From positions 40,982,001-41,046,000 of the forward strand of contig NC_134469.1 in assembly GCF_964194025.1 (NCBI RefSeq): a stretch of 64,000 nt of DNA, written 5' to 3'. Below are positions 49,586 through 60,713 of this stretch, in pieces (positions within the stretch are counted from its first letter, which is position 1; each line of letters opens with the position of its first letter). The position numbers were made by a program, and so were the translations under genes. The DNA is from Convolutriloba macropyga. Lineage: Eukaryota. A model generated the notes under the pieces. The model saw only the letters and a program-made list of their open reading frames with translations, was not told the DNA's origin and did no database searches.

Positions 49586-50859
49586 CATCGTAGTTAATTG
49601 CTCTCAAACGAAGTTTGTAGCTTTTTGTATGCGATTTTTCGCTTGACCGATTTTTTGTCTGACCCATCTGACTTTTCGTCCTAAAAAAACGGGATAAACA
49701 GGAAGAGCCCAGCTGGCATTAACTGTTCTTAGTGCCTTTCAGCTCACTAGTCTCCAAGTATGCGATTCACAGAAACTGTTGTGGAGACTTATACTTATGG
49801 TGTGAAGGGCGGTTGACCACTCCCCCACAACCCCCCCCCCACACACACATACACACACACACACATCAGTCTCCCTCTCACTTCACCTGCATTCAATCTC
49901 TTCTCTGCACATTGTTCAGGCCATAAGGGCACCGTGCAACCAAAAAAAACCCTCCCACCGTTGCCCCACCCCCCCCCCCCCCAATGTTGCCCCTACGGTC
50001 CACCCGCTGCGCTCACCTCACGCCCTTTCAATTAAGATAGCCTCACTAAACCTTGGCTAGCTACTGACGAAGCCAACCGCTCCCTGGTCCTTTAGATCAA
50101 TTTGCCCGAAGTTAGTCGGTTATGTTCGTCCTTTGACCTCTGACTGTCTACTCGTTCTTTTGGTTTGTCTGCTTCTTTTGTTGCTCTCATTCTTATTGAG
50201 TTTCTTTTTTGATATCGGATGTTTCTTCTTTTATATCGGTCACTTGATCTAGCGCAGTTGTTTGGGAAGGATAGAACGCTTTGACTGGTTTCCATTAAAG
50301 CAAAGATAACTTTTTCTCAAAAAAAAACAGTCAGGTTTCCTGTGCATTGTTTCACAGGATGATAGGCAGCTGGCTTGGCTCCTGGTTCTTATTTTGCTTT
50401 TACTTGTATTACAGGTACTTTTAGGTACTAGCATTCAGCTTTTCAGACTGCGCATCCGAGTTCGCTGTTAAGCGCTTTGGAGTAACAAGCTCCGAGTATT
50501 GAGCATAATTGATCTGCAACATTGCGAGAATCACTTCAGTTATAAGCTTATCTCCTGGTCTAATTACCAGAAATTGTGCTGCAGAGATGGCCACTAGGTC
50601 CTGCGGAGTCGCAAGCTGAAAATTAGATCAGAAGGATGATAAGAAAGAATTAGAGTTAAATAAATGTTAGTATTTTCTGCTGGATGGTTTGGTTAAATCC
50701 TTAATAAGTTTATTGACGCTGCGCTTCCGACATGGCCACTAAGCCCTTCGGCGTCACTGGCTAAAGAAAACCATTTAAGAGTATGAAAAGGAGAATTTAG
50801 AAGCAGAAAAATCATTGGATGATTATCTTTTAAATTTATCTTGGACTTTCTCGCTCTGG

Positions 50860-51513
50860 GCTTTCTCGTTTTGCCTCTGCTGCTTCTGCTAGCTTTGCTT
50901 GTTGCTTTTCTTTTTGGTTCTGTGCTTTTGTCTCTTGTTGGGTTTCTTCTTTTCCAAACGTTTCTTTTTGATTAGTTTTTGCAGGTTGGTACCGTTTTTT
51001 ATTAATGTGTTGACCAGACGCAGGTCAATATCTGTATTTGCGTTTGAGAGATTTCGCAGAGCAATCGTTGGTTTTTATGTTTGGTCTTTGAGGGGAGGTT
51101 TTGGGTGACCTCTAAGATTAGGATTCCAGTTCCGCTAAGCTTTGCTGTGAGATCAAGCGTTCCCTGTCTTCTAGTGTAAACAATTGCCTCAATTTGATTC
51201 TGCTTTTTGATATTTTTAGGGTGTTCACAAGTTGTTAGGGACTCAAAGGGCAATATTTCTGACTCGATGGACATCAGTTGCATTTGTGAGGGATGATGAT
51301 ATTATTGATCACCTCGTGCCAAATGGTTAGACGTTTTCAGTATCGACGCGCTAACTTGTTTTTAAGAAGATTTTGAACTGTCTCTTTTGTGTTAGGGTTC
51401 ACTGAGAGTCCAGGGATAGCTGTTGCAAGCCTACTGAATCTCTTCTTGTCTTGATAGCACTTCATGTTTTGAATCAGCCGTGATAGGGAACTAGCTGCAA
51501 CCATTTGGATCAT
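50860..51513 (-). pseudogene. Second divergent SGNH-like ORF (homologue of 20008-20640)
   Basis: MIQMVAASSL..AIPGLSVNPN..LTIWHEVINN..PHKCN..IEAIVYTRRQGT..TGILILEV followed by a K/R-rich tail; contains stops. Confidence 0.6.
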
Positions 51514-51629
51514 AGCTACTCTTCATTAATTCCCATCTGAATGTATTTAATAATAAAAAACCGAGTTGTCTTAATACAGACAGTTTAGAATTTTGGTTTC
51601 GTTACTAATTCTTATTATTTGATTTGTAG

Positions 51630-51867
51630 ATCTGATTAAAAACACTTCAAAATGGGAAGAAATGAAGAAGTTCGTAAAGAGCACAGCGCCTGGTGATGAC
51701 AGTCCAAAGCCCCCGGATGCTTCCCTTGCCAAAAATGAAGAGGCCGCTAATCTGGTTCTGAACTGCGAAGCAGACGAGTATGCTTTGCTCATCAGCCAAA
51801 TGAAGAACGACTCCATCATCAGCAACAAGTTCTCAGGACTTTTCAAGAAGGCGAAGCAAGGCTTCAC
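51630..51867 (+). CDS. Glutaredoxin-DEP-DUF547 protein, exon 2
   Basis: Acceptor TTTGTAG; G|AT gives D-LIKNTSKWEEMKKF..CEADEYALL..GF; donor GTTAGT, phase 2. Confidence 0.85.
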
Positions 51868-52269
51868 GTTAGTATCAAATTTTGTAGTCATCAACTGAAC
51901 AAGGCCCTAACCAATATGTCGTGTTTGGCCGATAACGATACGGATGATGACAAACTAATATAACGCTAGTTTTGTCAGGAAATTGTTTTGTTTATCGGGT
52001 TAGTGATTAAATACTGAATACAGCAAACAAGAAACCTTCCATACGGGAAACCTTTAAGCAATCTTTCTCAAATCTGAAAGGAATATATTTCTTTAAAGTA
52101 ACGAAAACATAGCAAGTAGTGAAAACATATTCCAGCGGGCATTATTGCATTATCACTGGTCGTAACATCAGTTTATGAAAGACGCAAATGAGGGGGAAGC
52201 TATGTAATATTAGACAGCAAAATACTGCCATTTAATTTTTAAAAATATCTCAAGACTACTTCCATTTAG

Positions 52270-52365
52270 CGGGAAAGATTTTGTGAAGTGGATGAAGACG
52301 ACGAAGGAAGTTGACGAGGCAAAGGCGTTGGAGATTGGACAAGCACTGTTGGACCAACACTTCAG
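52270..52365 (+). CDS. Glutaredoxin-DEP-DUF547 protein, exon 3 (DEP domain core; not in the ORF track)
   Basis: Acceptor CATTTAG; (F)TGKDFVKWMKTTKEVDEAKALEIGQALLDQHF is the DEP signature; phases 2/2 match both neighbouring exons. Confidence 0.9.
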
Positions 52366-52897
52366 GTTATATCTCCCTCCTGATCTAGATCCTTATAACG
52401 GCTTTTAGCATGCATTATCATTAGTTCTTTAGCAGCTAAAACGACTAGAACCTAAAGTGCTTAGCTTCGAAATTAAAGGATGATATGACTTCGCTCTTGT
52501 TTAATTGCTCTCAAACAATGTTTGTAGCAATTGTATAGTCCTGATAGTTTTATTGTGCGATTTTTCGTACTATCGAATTTTTTGTCGGATCATTTTACTT
52601 TTCGTCCTCAAAAATGGGATAAACAGGGCATTGATTCGCTGAGCAGTTCTCGTACTTAAGTTTTATTAATTTCACTTTTTTTGCAAAATTTTCGAGAGGA
52701 TGTCTTAAGTGGCGCTAAAGTGCCCGCAAACTTCCTTAAACAGCTCCGCATTTTATTAAATATTACCTTTTGACATTTTCCCCGGGTTTTGAACTCCTGG
52801 GCTTTAATCGCAGATAAACGACATTCGAGAAGTTGATTTAATATAATGTTGACGGTGGAAAACGTTAATTTTGTTTGAGCCTTTCGATTTTGATATA

Positions 52898-53132
52898 GGT
52901 AAAAACGCAGTATTTACTTGATCGCAATCAGCAGGTACTGCAATCCAATTTCAGTTCCTGCTGGTAAGATAAGACTGTCTCTGAAAAACCGGATGTCTGT
53001 CATGTAGAAATGCTGATCAACGAAGTTTAAAAAATAATTGACATCCAGTTTTTCAGAGATAGTCTTATCGTATCTAATGAAAATGGATTGCAGTCCTGCT
53101 GATTGCGATCAAGTAAATACTGCGTTTTTACC
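52898..53132. mobile_element. MITE with long TIRs
   Basis: GGTAAAAACGCAGTATTTACTTGATCGCAATCAGCAGG and its exact reverse complement; flanked by TA (TSD ambiguous). Confidence 0.85.
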
Positions 53133-53309
53133 TATGTCATTTCTAATTTCTAATTCTCAAAATTTGTTACCAGAAAATTTGTCTTATGTTGAGGAAACTA
53201 CACGCTTTTATTGCCCGTGTACTCCATAATCAGAATTGAGTACTGGTGTTTGATAATCATTCATGATTTCGATAACTATTAAAATGATATCATCCTGCCA
53301 CTTATTTGT

Positions 53310-53875
53310 TTAATAGCCGCGAAGCGATAGCGGCTATTATTGGGGACATCGTGGTTTTTTTTTAATTCGTCGTCTCCATCGATGAGTCTTAAGACCTGAC
53401 TTCTTGGAATTGACTTCTTGGAATTGACTTCTTGGAATTGACTTCAGTGACTTCTATTGCTTTGCAGTTAAAATTTGTGTACGTGACGTCGTTTCTGTTT
53501 TTATGTCAATTGCGTGACTTACCTCACTCGAAAAAATGACTTCTGAACTCACTTATGGAACTTTAATTTTTTATGAAGATTTACTAGTTAATAGTGTGCA
53601 TTTAAGTAGTGCCAATATTATATACCCTAATTTGTGATTATTAGTTTTGAGTTTTTGATTCCGAATATCAATTTTGAAATAGCTCTTTAAGGGCGTTTTC
53701 CTTAAAGAACGTATGTGTCAAAAATTGACAGTCCGAAGCTAACCCGAAAAGTCTAGTGGTCTATTGAAGGACTGGTGGTCGATCTGTCTATCTTATTTCT
53801 TTAGGTGTTTCAAGTCATGGAAGGCCACGAGCGTCTGTCGCGGCTATTTTCCGGCAATCTGCCGGCTATGTTTTT
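53310..53875 (+). mobile_element. Helentron-associated non-autonomous element (HINE family 1)
   Basis: 5' AATAGCCGC-gaagcgat-AGCGGCTATT; internal (GACTTCTTGGAATT)x3; 3' GCGGCTATT + CCGGCAATCTGCCGG hairpin + T-run. Confidence 0.75.
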
Positions 53876-54229
53876 AGTTTTTGGGCTCTATCGCCTGGTT
53901 TTCTGTAAAGACCGGTTGTTTGTGGTGTATTCTGCGATGTAGTTATTTTGGTCGGCATTTCCTATGGGTTGTATTTTTGAAGCTCTGGTATTTGACTTCT
54001 GACGCTAATGTGCTGCAATTTTCATAACTTAAATGACATTAATCAAATACTCAAATTTATTGATGTATAATCTGCATGAGTTTTTAATCAATTACTCAAG
54101 CAAATGTTAAGTAATTATGTTAAACTTGGTGGTCGCGTTTACGCGATTTTTTGTCTGACCCATTTGACTTATTTGAGATTGTCTAATTTTCATGCGTGAC
54201 TTTTGTGTGATTTAAATAGCTCCCTTCTG

Positions 54230-54420
54230 TTAATTGCTCTCAAACGAAGTTATGTTAGTTCTGTGCGTCTGGCCTTTTTAAATTTGTGTCCTCAAAAATG
54301 GGATTAAAAAGTAGCCAACTTCAATTAAGCTAAAGCTAGTCTGCCCAAACTACAGTACTGAGGAAGTCAATCGCTTGCCAGTCGTTTGAGAGGCATTCGC
54401 ACGACATTCGACGGTTGTTT
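54230..54420 (+). mobile_element. HINE family 2 short copy (5' pieces also at ~49595 and ~52500)
   Basis: TAATTGCTCTCAAACGAAGTT start; GTTTGAGAGGCATT subTIR-like end. Confidence 0.5.
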
Positions 54421-54933
54421 TCGTGAAATTGAACCGAATTGCGAGCCATAATTGGCGGCAGTTAACACCTTAAAGTCGAATTGACCGTTTCTTTTTCTTC
54501 GATAAAAGTGTATACGATTATAATGTTAGATAAAAATTATATTAAGGCGGATTTCCGCTGCGACTGTCGAAAATTCTAGATATTGCATAATAGTTATTTA
54601 AAAAGATTCTCAACTGTCCATAAAAAGCTGCATCTTCTTCGTACATTAGCATATTCATCTCCAGATTCCGGTATGATTGAGAGATTATATCAAGTCGAGA
54701 CCTTGCGGGATTGCAGCATAGCAAATCATATTGTGATTCGGGCATTCTAGTCAAGCAATCAAACCGTGCTTGTCGTTTGAGAGTGATTGGTCCGACGCCT
54801 GTGGGTTCTGTTGTCTCTGCGCCTATATTCATTTCATTTTTTATTCAGATTTGTCTTTTTGAGTTTGTCAGATTTAGCTTGAATGAGTCCTCGACTGAGT
54901 TACTGCTTAAGATAAATTTGATTTGTGTTTCAG

Positions 54934-55555
54934 CCAAAATTCGTCGCAGCAACAGTTTAAAAATGACTCGACAGTGTACACACTGATTGAGGACACTTTC
55001 AGTCATGCTCTGAATTCCTCGACATACGAGTGTGCTGTCGGCAGTGCCACAGAAGTGGGAGAGGAACTTCGCAAGCTCATTCTAAAGCTGTTCGCGGTGT
55101 TCCTCTCTCCTGACGGAATGTCTGTTGACTATAAAGGAATGGCCAAGAGTAAAGAATTCGAAGTGTATGAGAAGCTATCGGCTGAGCTGCAACGTGTTGA
55201 CGTCACAAATATATCACGTGATGAGAAGGTGGCATTCTTCATAAATATCTACAATGCTATGGTCATCCATGCCACTATAAAGAAGGGCCACCCTACGTGG
55301 CTGTGGGCGAGATACAAGTTCTTCTACCAGACGTTCTATATCATTGCTGGGGAGCTGTACTCTCTTCAGGATATTGAGAATGGCATTCTGAGAGGGAACA
55401 AGAAGGGTGTGGGAATGATACGCGTCCCCTTCCAGCCTGGTGATCCAAGGAAGCAATTGGCTCTGGAAGCAGCCGAGCCTTTGGTGCATTTTGCATTGAA
55501 CTGTGGCGCCAAAAGTTGCCCACCTATTAAAACTTTCTCGCCAAATGGACTTAAG
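54934..55555 (+). CDS. Glutaredoxin-DEP-DUF547 protein, exon 4 (DEP end + DUF547)
   Basis: Acceptor TGTTTCAG; SVDYKGM..EKVAFFINIYNAMVIHA..YSLQDIENGILRGN..EPLVHFALNCGAKSCPPI; donor GTTAGT, phase 0. Confidence 0.92.
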
Positions 55556-55656
55556 GTTAGTCGGTCGGACAATTTATTTTAGCGAGCTTGGCTATATTGC
55601 GGTGTTCTTGGTTTTTTACATTTCCCAGAATTTGAATTGTATTGGGGTGCTCTTTG

Positions 55657-56010
55657 TAATTGCTCTTGAACGAAGTTCATAGCAATTATTGTAAACGTGT
55701 TGGTCTTTTTTTGTAAATTTTTTGCTTGACTGTTTTGCGCTTTTCTTCTAGAACATCCTTTAACTTCTCAAGTGACTTTTTCACGCTTTCGTTCTTCGTT
55801 TTTGAGTGATCTCTATTGCTTATTCCGAAATAAAGCTTGTTGCTAATATAAACTCGGTTGGAGCACAGCAAGAATAAGGGTCAAATAGCAAAGTCGGCAG
55901 TGCAAATGGGTATCAAGCGGGAGGTCAATGGTTCGAATCCCGGTGGGGTCAAATTTTTTCCCGCCTGTCGTTCGAGAGCAATTCTTCCGACATTAGTCGG
56001 TTTATGTTTT
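55657..56010 (+). mobile_element. HINE family 2 copy containing a tRNA-like Pol III cassette (~55879-55950)
   Basis: 5' TAATTGCT..AGCAATTA palindrome; 3' GAGAGCAATT + CCGACATTAGTCGG hairpin; A box TAGCAAAGTCGG, B box GGTTCGAATCC. Confidence 0.7.
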
Positions 56011-56037
56011 CGAAGATGAGTTTTAGCGAAGTCTTTT

Positions 56038-58082
56038 TAGTAGCCGGGAAGCGATAGCTGGGGCTATTATTGGCCTTCTCTTGGCTTTTTCACGACTCGT
56101 GTGTATAGGTTTTTTTTAACCGAAAGTACTCTTCGTTCAGACGGAATTTGACCTAAAAGCGAAAGTGAGCTAAGTTGCCAAGTGAACTTTTTTCTGAGCG
56201 ATCGAAGTTTTTTTGATCATGCGCTGCGTTCAGTGAATGACTTTTCGACTTGGTCAAGTTATTTTTGACTTGTAATTGGTTTTTTTGTAAAATAATTTTT
56301 AGTCGATGTTATATTGAAATATAGCCCTCAAAAGTTAATACCACAGTGCTTTGCAGAGCCTAATAATGCTTTTAAGGTTCAAAATTAGCACTTATTTCAT
56401 GATTTTTTAAATTATTTTTAGGCTTTTCCATTAATTTATTTATTTTTGGAGCTTTCAGCCGTGTTTTTATCAAAAATCAGTTCATATGACAACTTCCCAT
56501 TGATAATTTATATACTGAATGCCTCTTTCTACCGCGAGGTAATTCTGTTTTTTATAATTGTGCATATGCTAATCCAATTTTGCTAGTTTTTTTAATCGAT
56601 TTTTTCTTTTTTTTTGTATTTTGGTTTAATTTAATAGAAACTGTTTTTTTTTGCATTGTCAGGAAGTTTAATTTCGTTTTAATAGTAATTCAAATATTTT
56701 TAAGGCGAAGTCTTTGAAACACCGTTTTTGTCATAAATGCAGTTTAAAATTTTTTTTGTTTTTGCAAAAAATTTTAACGTTTGCAATGTTTGAATTTTGT
56801 TTCTACTTTTTTAATCTGTTCAGAAGGATGGCTCTTGGTTGATTCGAATTCTAGAATGCTAAGTTTTCAAAAGTATTTGTTCTTCAATTTTCTTTGTTTT
56901 TGATTTTTAGCTTTCAAGAATCAAGAAGTAGTCCTTTTTGTTTGTTTCCTATAATGTGTCTATATTCTCTGCATTCTAGCATCTCTCATTCTAGCATTCC
57001 CCTAGCACCTATTTGTGCTACGTTTTGTTTTCTTAGTTGTTAAAAATTTTACAGTTTTTTTCTCAGGATTTTGTCACTTCTTTGGTTTGCAATTGATTTT
57101 ATTTAACAGAATGCAGCAGTGAGAATTTGCTGGAAATCATTTCGCAAATTCATTTTTTCCATCATCTCTCCAACACGCAAGGAGAATATTTTATTTCTGT
57201 CTGAATTGTGGTGATATAAAACGAAAGGTAGTGGTTTTTTTAGTCTTTGTTTTTAGTATTCTCTTCTTTTGAAAAATTTAGTTTAGTTTCTAAGATGCTT
57301 ATCTGTTATTTTTCAAGGCCAGTATCATGCCTTTTTTCGTGCCAATTAATAGCGCTGCCAGTTTTTTGAGCTTGCCAGTATCTTGACCGTCCTATGAATG
57401 TTGGACATTTTTTTAAGTTACCTAATACTTTCAATATAATGAAATTTTACTGCATTTCTTTCTCGTAGTGACTTTCGTATGAATTTCAGCAATCTTTTAA
57501 AATCAGTCCTGGCGAGGTTAAGAGTTGATGGTTAAATACAAAAGATTATGGTATCAGCTGTGATTACGGTTTTTTGTGAGGCTTTGACGCTTCGAGTCGC
57601 TTCCGGCAGTCTTCTGGCTGTTTTTTTTATTTCGTCGGCAAGATTTTTGTTAAGACCATATGACGTCACAATCACTTCAAATCTGCTTTTTGGTCATTCT
57701 TTCATGCAATTTCAACTGAATTGCGTGCGTGACGTCATTTTTCACTCTGAGTTGAGCGAGTTTTTTGTTCATTTGCGTGATGAAATTTTTGGTGACACGT
57801 GACTTACCTCACTCTCTAAAATCACTTCACTTTGGAATTGACTTTTCTTTATTTTATTTCAAAGAGATAAGGTCAGGTGAATTTGTGTCACTCTAAATGA
57901 AGATTCAGAGCAGTTAATAGAGGCAGCAATAACTTATACAGATTCTTTATGAAAATATAACATTCTCGTACTTTAATGAAAAGTGTAATTTTTCAGGTCT
58001 GTCCTGGGCTGTTTTTTTTTTGTGACTGCAGATCTACGCAGCTATTGCGGCTATTTTCTGGCAATCTGCCAGCTATGTTTTT
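56038..58082 (+). mobile_element. HINE family 1 long copy
   Basis: 5' TAGCCGGGAAGCGATAGC..GGCTATT; shared internal CGTGACTTACCTCACTC (also at ~53514); 3' GCGGCTATTTTCTGGCAATCTGCCAGCTATGTTTT. Confidence 0.7.
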
Positions 58083-60049
58083 TCAACTTGAGGAATAATG
58101 GACAATGGGGGTATTTTTTAATCAATTCAATTTTGCCGAGTCTTGAAGCAGGAAATGAAAATTGCAAAAATTTGTAGTAGTTTGGTTGCTGAACAAAATT
58201 GAACAGTTGTGCGAAAAGCTAGTAGCTTCTGGTTCGTGTCATTATTTTTCTGGAGAGCGAGAAATTGAGGCGTATAAATTTTTAGGCCAGCAAAATTTTT
58301 TTCTCGAGCAGCCGCCTTTGAAAGCAGTTTTTTTGCAAATTTTTCTGCATAAGAGGCTTGACTATAATATACTAATTTTAGGCTTGTCTTGATTTAGGTT
58401 TGCCGGTAATTTTTGATACCGGTTTGCCGGAGTTTTTTTGTTAATTTAGAGATTTTTCATTTTGGATTCTTTGGCGATATTTTGTGTTTTCTTTTCTTTT
58501 ACTGCTTTAAATTGCATTTGAATAGACACTTATTATTTATGGAGTTTTAGATGCCAAGTTTTTAGTTTTTTTGCAATTTTTCTTTTTTCTCCGATCTTAG
58601 ACACGTTTTAATTTCAATACTCTATTTGAACCAATGATCTTTTTTTTTTGGCCCGGATGTGTTCTTTTAATATTAAACAGTTCCTCTGCTTTTGATTTTT
58701 TCAAGCTGTTTTTAAATGCTTTGTGTTCTTCAAATTTTTATAGCATTTGGGGAGGTCCATAGTTCAAATTATTTGTTCTAGATAATCTGGATGTCTTTTG
58801 AGTGAAATGGCATTAATTGTTTTTATTAAAGATAATTGAGTTATTTTAAGCAAATTTTTGCCAAGTTTCTTTTTTGCCTAATATTGCTAATGTCTTCTGA
58901 TTTGTTGTTTTTCGCTACGTCTTCTTGTTCAGTCTTTTATTCAAACATATTCTAAAGGTGTCGCTGGATTTCACTGGAATCTAGCCTGGGCACTTTTAAA
59001 GAAAAAATCAATACAAATTTCTAATAGCCAATAGTTGTTTTGGAGTAACCTTATAAAGAAAAAATTTATTTTGTAGAGAGAAGTTTTTGTCAGAAGCTTT
59101 ATCATTTTTTTCTGGTCAAATACTTTGTCGTTATTTAGTATTATTATTAAGGATGTTCATGTCAGTTAGGGTGGCCAATTATCTCCCTCAAGTCGTTCCG
59201 GGAACTCTTGCGGCTTTCTTTTTAATCTTAGTCAATTTGAGCAAATTTTCATGCAGGAAATTCCTGAAAAATTTTGGTGTAAATTGACTGTTGAACAAAG
59301 TCCGAAAATGGGGTGTATAAAAGTTTTCTGTAAGCTACCGAAGTTTGATAACGTGCGGCTTTTAAAGAATTTTTTTTGTTTTGACTATTTTCTTTGACTA
59401 ATAGGTTGAAATTGGCTATATTGACAATTTTAGTTCCTTTGGTAGTGTTTTCAAGTTTTCCTTCATTATTCTGAATTTGGAAGTGTTTGACATTTTGCGG
59501 TTTATTTACCCTACTTTTGCTTTTTTGCTTATTTTTCGCTTTCAATAGATTCATTGTGTATTATATAGAGGCTTATTGTTCCAAATAATTTTGAGGTCAG
59601 TTTATTGCAGTTTTGTTGAGAATTTGTTGACAAAGAGAACCAGAAATATGAAATTTATGCATTTCTTGCAGTTTTTCAGTTTCTTCTTTTTGTTGTATGA
59701 GCTTTTTAATAGTCTCAATTTGTTTTTATGTGCTCTTTTATTTTATGAGGGAATAATAGAATTTTTCTTTTCTTTTATTGCAGCTGGTTGTGGGCCAAAT
59801 GCTTCCTTAATTGACTTTAAATTGTTTGTTTTAGTTTTTTATTAGTTGTATATGTACTAAAGATTTCTTTATGCTATATATTTTTTAAAACGCCTCTAAG
59901 AAGAATAGTGATTGAGCGTCTTTTTCCGAGCGCTTATTTTGTTGGAGTGTATTTCAAAGAAGTGAAACGCGGGAAAACAATGTTTAGGTCAATTTGCTGA
60001 AAAACTTTATGTGCAGAGAGGAAAGAGATTTTCGGGTTATGTCGCATTT

Positions 60050-60116
60050 TTTGAGAGAGAGAGAGAGAGGAGGGAGGGAGGTAGGGGGAGGGAGTGAGAC
60101 AGAGAGAGAAAGAGAG
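60050..60116. repeat. GA-rich low-complexity tract
   Basis: Direct reading; similar (GAGAGG)n/(GA)n tracts at 60795-60875 and 63238-63319. Confidence 0.9.
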
Positions 60117-60206
60117 CTTGCTGCTCACTTGCAAAATTTTGTGAACAACAAGAAGGTCAAGTTGAAGTATACTCCATATGATTGAGGCCATAATGGGAAG
60201 GATTGA
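60117..60206 (+). pseudogene. Probable C-terminal fragment of the DUF547 protein with TGA at the conserved Trp
   Basis: LAAHLQNFVNNKKVKLKYTPYD*GHNGKD* matches the family C-terminal Y..YDW..N motif. Confidence 0.6.
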
Positions 60207-60713
60207 TTCCAGAAATTGCATATTGACCCCGTCAAAAGAGATTGTATCAAAGAGCGTATACAATTCTGTATAGTTAACCCATCAAAGAGTGAATATCGAA
60301 CATTCTATACATAATTTCGTCTCCTGATATCTGCGAACAACAACTTCTTTGCATTAAGTTTCTAACATGATTGGCTGACTTTTTCGCCGTAAATTTTGTC
60401 CACTCTTCGCCGTTATTAAAAACTTGATATAAATATTGTAATTGGTTTGTTTGAATTTTTCCCTCATGATTTGATTGTTTTAGCAATTGAAATTGTAGTA
60501 GATGCGACAAAATTGACCTCATTAGTTAGTTATTTTGAACAAAGAATTCGAACACAGTAAATAGTAGTATACATATCAGACTGTTTCTATCAATAGACTA
60601 TCAAAGCTGCTTTTTGAAAATTTGAAAGATTTAAAAAGTGGTATTTAGAGTTTATCTTGCGATTCAACTTAACTATATCAAATATAGCGGCTCCCATGGG
60701 AGTGGAAGAGGTT

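Noticed and set aside
50055-50085. Hammerhead core CTGACGAAGCC
   Set aside because: No closing stem II or GAAA; it overlaps what looks like the end of a C-rich MITE
50455-50500. Twister-like ribozyme (TAA..GGAGTAACAAGCTCC)
   Set aside because: P2 and P4 pairings do not fit the twister consensus
54542-54832. 96-aa antisense ORF before exon 4
   Set aside because: No recognisable motif or splice support; length is compatible with chance
60183-60185. Selenocysteine codon in a redox-related gene
   Set aside because: The TGA aligns to conserved Trp, not Cys; the glutaredoxin site is a normal CPHC; no SECIS recognised
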